DNA of 64,000 bases from positions 15,892-79,891 of IMG/VR virus record IMGVR_UViG_3300023184_000082. One strand, written 5' to 3'. This document shows, one piece after another, positions 13,101 to 19,282 of this stretch. The translations under genes were made by a program, and so were the position numbers. Position 1 is the stretch's first letter, and each line of letters opens with the position of its first letter. Under the pieces are notes generated by a model. It searched no databases. It was not told where the DNA came from and saw only the letters and a program-made list of their open reading frames with translations. The stretch comes from a virus.

Positions 13101-13994
13101 GCGATAATAGATTTCATGACATATCATTGGAAGCCAGTCAATGTCGGACTGGATACGAATATATTGGGCGAACTGTTTTCTTGGGGATCGCCATTATTTA
13201 CGTATTTGAAGAAAAACGGCGACCAGTCGTTATTCTGCATAGACGCAACGTCAGGTTCATCTATTTCATTTTCTTCTTCACTGCTCAAGAAGAGAGATGA
13301 AATAGTTGCGGACATTGCGCTTACCAAAGAAAACGTCAGGAGTGGGAATCTGACGCCAGATGAGGAGATTGAGTCAACACTGAAGCTGGAAAGACTTGAA
13401 CAAGACAAGAAACGAATCATTGAAGCGATCAATGACGAAACCACCAAGACAAACCTCATTGAAAAAGCATTCAATGCGTTTCGCTTGGAGGCAAGGGAGG
13501 CATACCAATGCATCTCTTCCGGATCAGAAGCGTTCAACGGAAAACTTTCCTTGGACTTCTGGAGAGATCAGTTCATCGATCTCAAGGCACCAAGGGCCAT
13601 TCAAATACAGTCAGCAACGGGAGAACCAACAAAGCAATTCACAAAACACGCGTGGCCACAATCGGAACGCAGGAAAATGGCGCGATCTGCCCAGCAGAAA
13701 TCATCAACAATGACGGAGTCCATACAAATAAGAGCCGCAACGGATTTCCCGCCGCTGAAGCCAGAATCCTTCAGCGCTTGGGCGACGGAGCTGAGCGCGG
13801 GGCAGCAAGATCCCGACAGCGTTGACACGCAGATGGAGGTTTTCAAGACAAGGCTGCGAAAATCATTCGGAATCGTGTACCATGTTCCGAAGACACGGGC
13901 TCCAAAACCGCCCCCTCGGCAGGCGCAGTTGCATAAGAGCCGCAAGGTTACATTCTTTGTCCGCAAGGCAGCATTTGACAGCAAAGGCAGGTAA
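1176..13994 (+). CDS. giant (4272 aa) polyvalent protein with DprA/Smf-type SLOG, NADAR (YbiA-like) and YspA-type SLOG domains; probable virion-internal protein
   Basis: Uninterrupted 12.8-kb ORF with RBS AAGGA. DprA-like motifs at ~5925-6660: DEHYPSRL, VACIGT, IVSGMAKGIDSICH, TIGILPHGI, VMTEYLPG, RNRLQAGLS, GSMAT. NADAR motifs at ~7290-7670: FGSAEALY, MYDALKIKF, LAKTGNATIVHESPDAFWG, GANVVGKLLMFIR. Second SLOG at ~7830-8330: VGITGSR, FVHGGAKGAD, AGNRRNSKIVANSDVLIAIWDGKSRGT, GKPVHLW. Confidence 0.85.
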   Translation: MIPDKTGEILSAVHAQKTGGIPDTAARGGGYIVQHKPDVPRPDEPGSLALPLVDQAHVRSSGMSASAISSDVADIGTMPPSSLTHGSPMITAMQTPRQTEPKWTENGLQYIINGQPVNVLSNGQDLSVQLPTVTGAPTAPLGKPEDVSSHLLFDPSKISRNSGGLDNLTSQQLDRITASIGAHEANQKLLFGIQRIFRDGGRDPAAGELTQKQKDDQHKDKKYASLERKYTKDGRLLLDALPLTTLTSLASTARDRANAAYKAWYENSGPLEGKATKADINQLQQMRMSRKKQFEYGFEPGNGIMRVFTLDDGRKFSEPVIPGKISTSRELPDSVDHFSGVLFPGDLAQSEDELIKFLGNPSYHRDASGKTVLEAHSDAMRGFMDNHLEQGIFPMLGDNRPISRETSRTPSRAEGIAGEESAASKTALVEERVKDDFALLMDEVAEKRASMEIALQQILETIASPTEKLDLPEIFKKIEALGDTKLPEAKKLEEESIGVLQQRELQEKIQAIKFSDGKPLRLEDLISPAVDSDGNSLPGSLLVNMSTHGFIGKTAATPGARHPLASVAAIEAQAYNTGRISKGLTTLDAAKARIDPDNLKKEKDFAEKIKAYLQQAMEASLLKYRADTQQTIKIPTLRQKVPLPVDAAMKFHKKQLFSALQIPVTTGVDVKKYAMRLPQDQGSEKLVPVIRLVDLRPDEFVDQVSSSIFSRDEANIFDTKLSAAYENFSSAKQNMQTVSGPESEAAVANARQGIENVLKENLVLNETERQSIENIIGKDASPYINLVKKALPKALFDSWLDKVKNGNFLGALTIMRDRLDASSTKTAAQQKIKADLAEYTRQLRNDVSYYIRSEGEQSKTPTGLFSPRIIREKSQKFTPYEDSTNAALFRKAYRQSLINSDSTLLDPQSFDDDKSPEMAKFIDQYPHVLVDSGQADIRSWFSESILNAAKDRFLSYEIQPKNPSNIILQSTSAAQEARSIIDHMRKMIDYEGEFPFGVRTDDPKSDHPWHDAEWHRRYTVPGTEYKEDFSKTGEFATGPDGSFVRKKINVKKDKMPDYKTGELKLWVPTKQPTADAQGRMKYEISKEDDISFQPEKSLLTARDSNGLMIPVGLPNGLDATQLQGYFPNPTWQGLARTPNAVSKTYAAPILAAVYGITGDSSFSRHPESPITDADLKNKLQEGINTLKKDIDTYYAKATKSSTADPWRQARADMIAMRTSRAVGSGSQDILKKILSVLSVNNEEIMKAIEEKYPRAEQWLPEHVKDFELLAQLNMRLSGSKDGSAPSMENIFSGDIPSYFYPGNDKEENGKDADWVKMALDVKADLLKKYAIPELPPSSEVWHEISLASAGQLVADAEKRIQFINEIQNTPRLQGEIATAINEAKSEIDQATSRSQQQQAVMRQPLDIAAHSRDVLDRCIAEKVMPFDISSSLYPDQMRGSGSPVAFYALGDTDAIDSHNMIHIASDPLAVRYNPSATLNEAGEAIDSISRLLLSRKSGNSPANAGLPLRTRKQHQKDHVQSMIAEMKKIYDMTSGDKNPLYDIINEINPHVAPILKLSSDHFDTPDWETKFLNALDAYCKAQDISMITPADEHYPSRLLAMPESWQFKTEQGSMISHVPKMIFVKGNIEKFKQKKFDLDRTVACIGTAKLKEGDPLDAEVAQIAKNTIQQLAKDNWIIVSGMAKGIDSICHGQALESGTATIGILPHGITSTPGASQAELYKRMTDPKGMGVVMTEYLPGMQNYGSTEGSTVKQNLHRNRLQAGLSIATVMFSSTARQNWIKENMGEYQIQANENGLLTERDIEDAGSMATLRHSLYQARRNFVLDPSSIVDSNNNLIYKDMDLSKGVMTGNFEAMENLNATSFNALEISGLIDNLNIAYATRNEPKRTFIGDGANAERVLTNLGMTQSPDETNESFLDRVTQEIMKKIAAKDADTKAVLKKISDSYNPDGSTKKSIVIYAPDENDASLKQLIMAREMGIPTVVVPAKVNYSKTKMADEYDENGELTRINSLKDWAPLKPDTVHAQKDELTATLKGSTYTFGSAEALYYAFLYENPEDISSISDLSKRQQGMNEIRRKAKQDQEAGRILELTRDQKVSRMYDALKIKFSNKNYANVLAKTGNATIVHESPDAFWGVIGDSSPKNQASIGTGANVVGKLLMFIRDQQRSNSNTLTPNEIRSMHSTQENCQIPWNKALPFFGMYAQDVDSSKITSLSNEPLRVGITGSREGLTSSMIEAALRGSLKMNSGSRLITEDATAALGLSDFEKRMGIKRQAVSSNSATRKITPLSFVHGGAKGADSQAINYILSNVKRFAIDGIENSITEIPFDAMSSDEKDFQDGTAGNRRNSKIVANSDVLIAIWDGKSRGTMHAVMTAIQQGKPVHLWSPDGRGGMKLQEIYPSSKGNMSVISPSDPSPRENSTLSIAQDEHPSHIRTSTLNLAEKLRTQTLTLGVSHDSPYMRGIRGSLVNSVRPKSVSIMYSPAPYSAQEPSDDFAVPRGHYRGDHELFHGRIHKGATRYGDRALPVDSPDSWESFSGFEQKTPLQKRIEKMAKERARQEEVDSLSLGGAKEKVSSTPGMEAIAMAVRGNNRASRYASVASQNPSAETSAWLDEYNNENPKFFSPESDSGKRMAKSTSRSMVIKNDLFPNLFAKVSISFADNEALGRSRDQREFNQATAKFHVMLFHRQQQTDASGKPADPLIVPVGSLVYEVPRSPALTSLSASRTDSGRGVFGEGYMNYQRVISMLATDVASNLLASHQATSIHQELTRHASGLSTLLQNNARYQELKKKRDRTAEETSEMKLLDASRKKLGTIGIPLTTAPQSHGLATLRTRQEDNLGDFIHTHLSSTTLQPSLLPTARGTVSDRLSSARDLSQYDPIKIPIEQINEYIESLRAHTQTIGSREAWPPAPALESIGQTTRRNKQLSANPNIRYQASHQQRGSSPQSGMLMLFKALGGEVKAAADHTPLDKDRGIYGDATRLTGLAGINQLSSRKMNVNAVALLFGSLLWDKTQRGPFATLQNPETSTLYHLIATPSNSSTIKYDGNFMKLLQQGRIFNSLKNVQAGTMSADNFQENVVFKNNMSDVQLWHDIQIADLLSSQTNMSDGLRNVANDILTEIGGKKTLLDGKYTRDGVATNPVVVSLATRWAMFRDNLFWMGRDANFSQDSYALKDDVRRRMAEATKVLGGSAPALLLAGHVAENSDAFSHMNNSLAGKMQETIKRMMSQGSKGPRSLYETLSDLKDSISRAKSNFVFLENIRHDGQENMIKMRPLASSNGVQTDPLAVSIKKSLGISAGTTLLTLPAYLSSAFDLIASLDISFGAVKRKIGFESTIANISKSNIVDQSGITESKDTKFVFVPGSVWQATKMPFDGMKDTQGNLVVPNKLNPTAYALVASRHQEINRIFFGLTGGKSSDQELIDESALFSSDQKNEPQDRSASHYVYIGTPMGKQIDEGLGVLNANEKERMAEYQKAVAIAIGHAANIKGATRLPSNAQWFLPSDSSTFKIMQSQNKDIFEKIALDAISGGAQGSLSSEKDLRDRQIRALVWARMYINAIHEAKRDEEIKTAEKNSPSPYTVHAPEEASLFKDFGDEDKKLAQDCSFIKIRALQDASIDSTSEALTYRDVVPTSLSTPSPTISDSNSVRSMTTRIFTLESEIQKVKRDLEMPLLSAATKRDLEAKKKELTDTLSKQVDVRAATIRASMTTEELAIVADKKKMLDSMDEIMNDENEWEAFDDAVDSAEKLRNVDPENPDFFTEITHSPEVLDIDFENQDSIDEAASALEQGQLYLQKALPVLAAYKDTLAQLQSDEDYPIPSYSLDNSLAGSGKKNISYFQWYENLDDHQKSSSQKNLMRRYVALLESSLLRQFFINEQLKKATGDGQKFTVARMTNYFDESSALRKREKDRNAFIEQLTPNESMLLGSPRVSKVFGENPLSEPTVDTLSIKQLKGISRGGTSIEDAISKEQVIPVTNAIIDFMTYHWKPVNVGLDTNILGELFSWGSPLFTYLKKNGDQSLFCIDATSGSSISFSSSLLKKRDEIVADIALTKENVRSGNLTPDEEIESTLKLERLEQDKKRIIEAINDETTKTNLIEKAFNAFRLEAREAYQCISSGSEAFNGKLSLDFWRDQFIDLKAPRAIQIQSATGEPTKQFTKHAWPQSERRKMARSAQQKSSTMTESIQIRAATDFPPLKPESFSAWATELSAGQQDPDSVDTQMEVFKTRLRKSFGIVYHVPKTRAPKPPPRQAQLHKSRKVTFFVRKAAFDSKGR

Positions 13995-14642
13995 ATGGTG
14001 GAAACCAGCAAAAACAGCGCCAACGGATATGGGCATTGGGCCATTCAAGTCAACGGAATGCCGCTTTATGTTTCGGGAGATTTCTCTTCCCTGCATCCTC
14101 ATCATGCCCTTTCGCGTCAGAAAACAAACATCAAGGGCGCCAAGGCGACCAAAATGCACGGATTAGCCGCGCAACACGACATCAAGGATGTTATCATTAT
14201 CAACGGAGAAGATGTTCCACACAACAATGTCGGGAAGCTTTCTCAGTTGATACGAAAGATACTGAAGAAAGAATCCCGAACCGTCAGGACATCATCAAGG
14301 AAACCCAAGGAATATGACATGTCATTCCCGAACACCACATTGACGGGAACGACGCATGAGTCATCCGGCGGAATCCTGTTTGTAGTTTCTGATGCAAATA
14401 ATCATCCCGTAATGATCACAAAGAGACCTTCAAGCATCAAGGATATTGAGGGAGCATTGCTTACCGATGTGTCTGAGTATCTTGCCCATGAACAACATCG
14501 GGCTGCGTGGTTTGTGCATCATGACATGAGCAATGACATTCGACATGCTCCTGATCATATTCTCCCCGATCACTCTCCATTGGCTTGCTGGCCATGTCAC
14601 AAAGGAAAAATGATATGGCGTTATCCTTCTGCCATACGGTAG
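13995..14642 (+). CDS. hypothetical protein
   Basis: 215-aa ORF starting immediately after the giant gene's TAA (TAAATG), consistent with translational coupling. His-rich C-terminus. Confidence 0.75.
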   Translation: MVETSKNSANGYGHWAIQVNGMPLYVSGDFSSLHPHHALSRQKTNIKGAKATKMHGLAAQHDIKDVIIINGEDVPHNNVGKLSQLIRKILKKESRTVRTSSRKPKEYDMSFPNTTLTGTTHESSGGILFVVSDANNHPVMITKRPSSIKDIEGALLTDVSEYLAHEQHRAAWFVHHDMSNDIRHAPDHILPDHSPLACWPCHKGKMIWRYPSAIR

Positions 14643-14656
14643 AGAGTTTGGAGTGA

Positions 14657-17600
14657 ATGATGCAGCAAGCACTGATGAAATCCGCAATAGAAATTCCGGA
14701 TCAGTTCGAACCACAGGAAGATCATGTTCCTGAGAGAGATCATGAAGGGTTGGCAAGAAGAGCGTGGATTCTGCAATCTGCCTTGTTCATGGGTATCCCT
14801 GTTGATGACATCCTTCCTCAACCACTAATTGATAGCATGGAACTCAATCGCATATCGCAAGAATTCCAGGTTGTCATGCGAGAACTGCTTGCAAGGGGAC
14901 ACCATCATGAAAGGGCAGTGGGAAATTTCATAAAAAAATTGAATGGCTACGCAAAACTTTATTGTTATTCGGGAAAGAAAGTGATCCGATCCGATGATAT
15001 CCATACGATGCTTCAAGTGTTCTCTCCATCGATGACCAGGGAACTCATGGCATCCATTGCCAATGCCACACGAAACATGTACCGACATACAAAACTTGAA
15101 ATGGATCGATTGAGCAGAGAAAAGAAGATATCCTTGCCGTATCGACATCCTTCGTTGCTCAAGGGACTTGACAATACCTATCCGCATGGACAAGGCTCAT
15201 ACGGACAATCAAATGAATGGAGATACGGAAAACAATCCTCCGTTGAATTCACGAATGCGTCGGCAACGAGATCCGGAACGTCCGTGCATCCATTTCTTCT
15301 TGTCCCAATGCATATCGATGCGCTTCCTTCGGGGTCAAAAATCCTGAGCTGTGAACTCGTGCATGAATCCATGCTTTTTTCAAGTGATGGTTCAATCAGG
15401 AAAAACGATCACGTCAGCATGACTGATGCGTGGGCAAGGTACCTGAAGCCGTTCACGGGCAATGCCGAATTGTGGCAGCAATCATCATCAAAGAATGGCG
15501 AGCTAAACAAGCGACTGTTCATTCAGCATCCACGAAAGAAAATCACATGGTTTTTCGCATCAGTCACCGCTGGCAACTCTCCTCTTGACCAGGAGCAATC
15601 CACAAAGATTGAGATATTCCTCGGGAAGACAAAGAAGATCGGAGAGATCACTTATGATTCTCGTCCCTCTGCCATCTTGAGGACGGCACAAGCACATCTC
15701 AACATTTTTCTGGCGCGATATATTGCTTCCGAGCTGGCTGCATATGGATTTGCGGCTGCCATGGGTCTTTCGGTGCCGCAATCATGTGAGGTTCCTCCAA
15801 ATGGAAATCCGTGGCTCTCCTTCAGGATATCAGGACGGTTGTCATCAACACCGTCAATGGCAATGGGACAAGCGGCATTTCCCGAAAATTACATCATTTT
15901 TTCGCGCGACAAGGAAGATGCATACACAACTGACATCTCAAGGTTTCTTCTTTGGGCAGAGTTTGACAAGGAAGTCCGGGTAATCCATGCCAATGACGGC
16001 GTATTGAGGATCATGCATGATTCATTCAATTATCATGTGGATATCATGACGCTCCCCAAGGGGCGAGGCATGAAAGTCACGCTCTTCTCCGATTCCTTCA
16101 ATTATATCGATGAATTGCGCATACAGCCACAAAACAAGGACAGCATGGAATTCATCGGCAAGGTTGCACTTGCCCAAGCAATGGGAGTGCCGGATGGGCC
16201 TGATTACAGCGAAATAGAATGCCTTGTCAGTCATGTTCCCATGAATTTCTCATCAAGTGATGGAGTTCGATTGCGGCCTGCGTTTGAAATGGGAGACATT
16301 CTCCCCTCTGATGACTACGCGCCATTGGATAGCCTTCCGCAAAGTTCCATATCCTATCACATGAACGCAGCATCAACCGTCATATACAAAAACTCGAACA
16401 TGAGCCGGATACGTGGAGATCTCACTGGATCGCTGAAGCTCTTTGAATCCCAAACCATTGATCAAAGTCATTTCTCCGAATACGCATCATGGCGGGATGT
16501 GATTGCTTCTTGCCAGAAGCAATTCAATTCAAATTTCTTCCGTGCCAAGAAGAAGAAGGATCGTGAGGAGTTGTTCAGTCAATCGCATATCCAGTCCCTC
16601 CTCGCAAACATACACACCCAGTTGAGCGCACACGAGACAAATGAACTGCAAGTATCCATCATTACCGAAGTCAAGGAAAAGAGCGATAACACATTCTGCG
16701 CGGGTGATTTTTTCCCCTTGCTTCGTACCTCGCTGTTGAAATACGGACTCTCGTATGATGTCTATCTAATTGGAAGAATATCTCATAAATCATATTATGA
16801 ATCCATGATTGCCCAAGAAAAGACATTTTTCAATTCCCTGTTCTCATTCATGATTACATGCAAGAATGCATACGGGCAGGAAATATGCATTTACCAACCA
16901 TCATATAGCGTACAACCGGGAAACTATCCAAGATACTCCTCAATCGGTGACATCCTCTGCGGATACTTGCCAGATTTCATGCTATGGATGTGCAGGGAAG
17001 GATTACGCAACCACAAGAACGATCAGCTTTCTTCGGCGTATTTTGCACAAAGATCAGATGGATATTCTTCCCTCACCAAGGACAAGCGGGAAGATGAGAC
17101 CTTGCCATTTTCTCCGGATGCCTCCATGATCGTGTTCCAGAAAGAGATGGTCAGGCGTTGGATTTCGTATCACTTCCCCTCAATCTCTCGCACGTCCTCG
17201 GGTTATCACGGAAGCGATCTGTCCATTCTTGATCATTTGATTCTTTCCGTGCAAATGGTTGACGAGCCGCGAGGAACCGATGACTATTGCCCTTCTTCGG
17301 AGCTGGATGACGAAGACATGGCAAGATTGCTTCGCATAACAATGCTCTTGCACGACATAGGAAAAAGCAGCGTCCTTGATGGAGGAATCGGGCCACATGC
17401 GATCAATCACGAGCGCTATTCTTCAGCGCTTGCCGCCAAGTTGCTGCCTCAATTCTTCCTGAAACGCAGTGAGTGCGAGTCCATCGAGAAATGGATCTAT
17501 CATCATTCGGCATTCGAATACGCCGTCGCTGGCAAGTATGGAAATCTGGAAGACGCTTCCGCTCATATAGCCAAGCTCTGCGGATCGGTGACTGATGCCG

Positions 17601-18607
17601 CGATGCTCTATCACATCTATCGATGCGACCTTGACTCATCATCCCGCGAACCATACGACAAAACAAGCAAGGAAGAATCATTTTCTCCAGAAGAACTCCT
17701 GGAAAAGATCGAATCGTATCTTGAGTCAAGTTCGTTCAGTCCAGTTACCCCGGAAAGGATACACTGCCAGAGATCATTCGATACTGTTTCAAAATTCTGG
17801 AACAACATGTCTGGTCTTTCCGCAAATGGCGAAAAGGCAATCAGGAACGATGACCTTGAGAATTACTTGGGAGTTTCCAAGTATTCCATTTCGCGACAAA
17901 AATTCTCGATAGAATATCTTCTCAAGGCAGAATCGATGCTGCCCGAAATCATGAAGAATCCTGAACTTTCGTTTGCGCGTTCACTTGGCATGTCGTATGA
18001 AGGACCTACGGGAAGTATTGTCCGTTGCTTTCAGTGGGTCAATGTTGATTCAATACAGAACATATTCCTTGAGGGACTCATGCCCTACGCATCAATTGAC
18101 GGAAGAAGCATCTATGCATCAGTCAATGAGGCAGCGCCGTTGCCTGTTCCTCTCTATAACGAAAATTTTGTGGCACTTCTGGTTTTTGACTATCACTGCG
18201 GCAAGATGATCAAACGTCACAAGCTTGATGAGTTGGCCAAGGAATTCTCCCAGGCGAAGAAAGCGACCATGGGTAGCCCATTGTTCTCCTTGTCACTATG
18301 CGAAAATGATCTTGTGGACAATGCCCGTATAGGATTGAAATTAGGATATTCGGCATCGCTTGATGTGCACAACGACAAGAAAATTCTTTGCTGCTTTGAT
18401 CCGAGCAGGACCGCATTGATCACTGCACTGATGGTTCCCATGTCAATTGCGCGGAAAGAGCTTTCTGCGGACTTCAAGGGAGCTCCCATGGAGTTTCTTG
18501 ATCGTCAGCACACAGGGAAATTCAAGAAAGTGTCCCTTCCTGATCTTGCGTATGAGGATTTGCGAGTCAGGAACAACAATCTCCAATGGATCAGTGATGT
18601 GCAATGA
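14657..18607 (+). CDS. large multidomain protein with HD phosphohydrolase domain and C-terminal degenerate PARP/ART-like domain
   Basis: HD motifs at 17201-17632: GYHGSDLSILDH, LLHDIGK, INHE, YHHS, RCD (GlnD/CCA-type HD pattern). PARP-like pattern at ~18011-18430: FQWVNVDSIQNIFLEGL, GRSIYAS, LLVFDYHCGK, GYSAS, CCFDPSR. RBS GGAG. Confidence 0.75.
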   Translation: MMQQALMKSAIEIPDQFEPQEDHVPERDHEGLARRAWILQSALFMGIPVDDILPQPLIDSMELNRISQEFQVVMRELLARGHHHERAVGNFIKKLNGYAKLYCYSGKKVIRSDDIHTMLQVFSPSMTRELMASIANATRNMYRHTKLEMDRLSREKKISLPYRHPSLLKGLDNTYPHGQGSYGQSNEWRYGKQSSVEFTNASATRSGTSVHPFLLVPMHIDALPSGSKILSCELVHESMLFSSDGSIRKNDHVSMTDAWARYLKPFTGNAELWQQSSSKNGELNKRLFIQHPRKKITWFFASVTAGNSPLDQEQSTKIEIFLGKTKKIGEITYDSRPSAILRTAQAHLNIFLARYIASELAAYGFAAAMGLSVPQSCEVPPNGNPWLSFRISGRLSSTPSMAMGQAAFPENYIIFSRDKEDAYTTDISRFLLWAEFDKEVRVIHANDGVLRIMHDSFNYHVDIMTLPKGRGMKVTLFSDSFNYIDELRIQPQNKDSMEFIGKVALAQAMGVPDGPDYSEIECLVSHVPMNFSSSDGVRLRPAFEMGDILPSDDYAPLDSLPQSSISYHMNAASTVIYKNSNMSRIRGDLTGSLKLFESQTIDQSHFSEYASWRDVIASCQKQFNSNFFRAKKKKDREELFSQSHIQSLLANIHTQLSAHETNELQVSIITEVKEKSDNTFCAGDFFPLLRTSLLKYGLSYDVYLIGRISHKSYYESMIAQEKTFFNSLFSFMITCKNAYGQEICIYQPSYSVQPGNYPRYSSIGDILCGYLPDFMLWMCREGLRNHKNDQLSSAYFAQRSDGYSSLTKDKREDETLPFSPDASMIVFQKEMVRRWISYHFPSISRTSSGYHGSDLSILDHLILSVQMVDEPRGTDDYCPSSELDDEDMARLLRITMLLHDIGKSSVLDGGIGPHAINHERYSSALAAKLLPQFFLKRSECESIEKWIYHHSAFEYAVAGKYGNLEDASAHIAKLCGSVTDAAMLYHIYRCDLDSSSREPYDKTSKEESFSPEELLEKIESYLESSSFSPVTPERIHCQRSFDTVSKFWNNMSGLSANGEKAIRNDDLENYLGVSKYSISRQKFSIEYLLKAESMLPEIMKNPELSFARSLGMSYEGPTGSIVRCFQWVNVDSIQNIFLEGLMPYASIDGRSIYASVNEAAPLPVPLYNENFVALLVFDYHCGKMIKRHKLDELAKEFSQAKKATMGSPLFSLSLCENDLVDNARIGLKLGYSASLDVHNDKKILCCFDPSRTALITALMVPMSIARKELSADFKGAPMEFLDRQHTGKFKKVSLPDLAYEDLRVRNNNLQWISDVQ

Positions 18608-19266
18608 ACAGGCAAGTGCAGCGGTATGAGGAAAATCACAAAAGCGGAGAAATGGAGCAATACATATCCATGATTCCCGCAAACATGATGTCAAGAAGTG
18701 CGGAGGTGCTTGAATACGCTGCAATCCTTGGCGTCGAACGTGTTGACATACCAAAGATGCCATCAGGAGAAGTGACAAAATGGTGGTATTTGATACAGAT
18801 GAAAACGTGCAAGACCTGTGTATTTCTTTCACAGAAAATACCACAATTCCCGTATCGCGATTGCAGCAACCCAAAGGTATCGCCATTGTATTTTGATATT
18901 GTTTCTCGCAGCTTGTCCCTTTGTGATCTTTGGCAGGCAGGATTTGACGAAGAGCGGATCGATGATGAGATTGAATCCGGATACGCGGAGAACAAGTATG
19001 TCCTTGCGGCAATGATCAAGATGGGATTGACAGATACTCCCAAGGATATTGCTGTTCCAACCGTAGGCAGCGTGGAAATGCTGAAATTCAATCTGGAGCT
19101 TGCAAGTGCAGCGGATATTCATAATTCAATTGTCTTTTCGTATGTACAAGCAGCAACAATGATTCGATCCGGACATCCCGTTGACGAAGACTACTTGTCC
19201 CAGATATCCAAAAAGTCACTTCCCGTGGTTCAGGGAGATAAATTCAATACAAATTTGTTACTATGA
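18604..19266 (+). CDS. hypothetical protein with 4-Cys metal-binding motif
   Basis: ATGA overlap with the previous gene. Motif CKTCVF-x(n)-C-x(n)-CDLW. Confidence 0.7.
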   Translation: MNRQVQRYEENHKSGEMEQYISMIPANMMSRSAEVLEYAAILGVERVDIPKMPSGEVTKWWYLIQMKTCKTCVFLSQKIPQFPYRDCSNPKVSPLYFDIVSRSLSLCDLWQAGFDEERIDDEIESGYAENKYVLAAMIKMGLTDTPKDIAVPTVGSVEMLKFNLELASAADIHNSIVFSYVQAATMIRSGHPVDEDYLSQISKKSLPVVQGDKFNTNLLL

Positions 19267-19282
19267 AAGCATGGAGCGTAAC

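Noticed and set aside
1176-13994. Virion RNA polymerase (N4- or crAss-like) as identity of the giant protein
   Set aside because: No DxDGD/DFDxD catalytic motif or T7-like polymerase motifs were found by eye. A profile search is still needed to exclude a very diverged enzyme.
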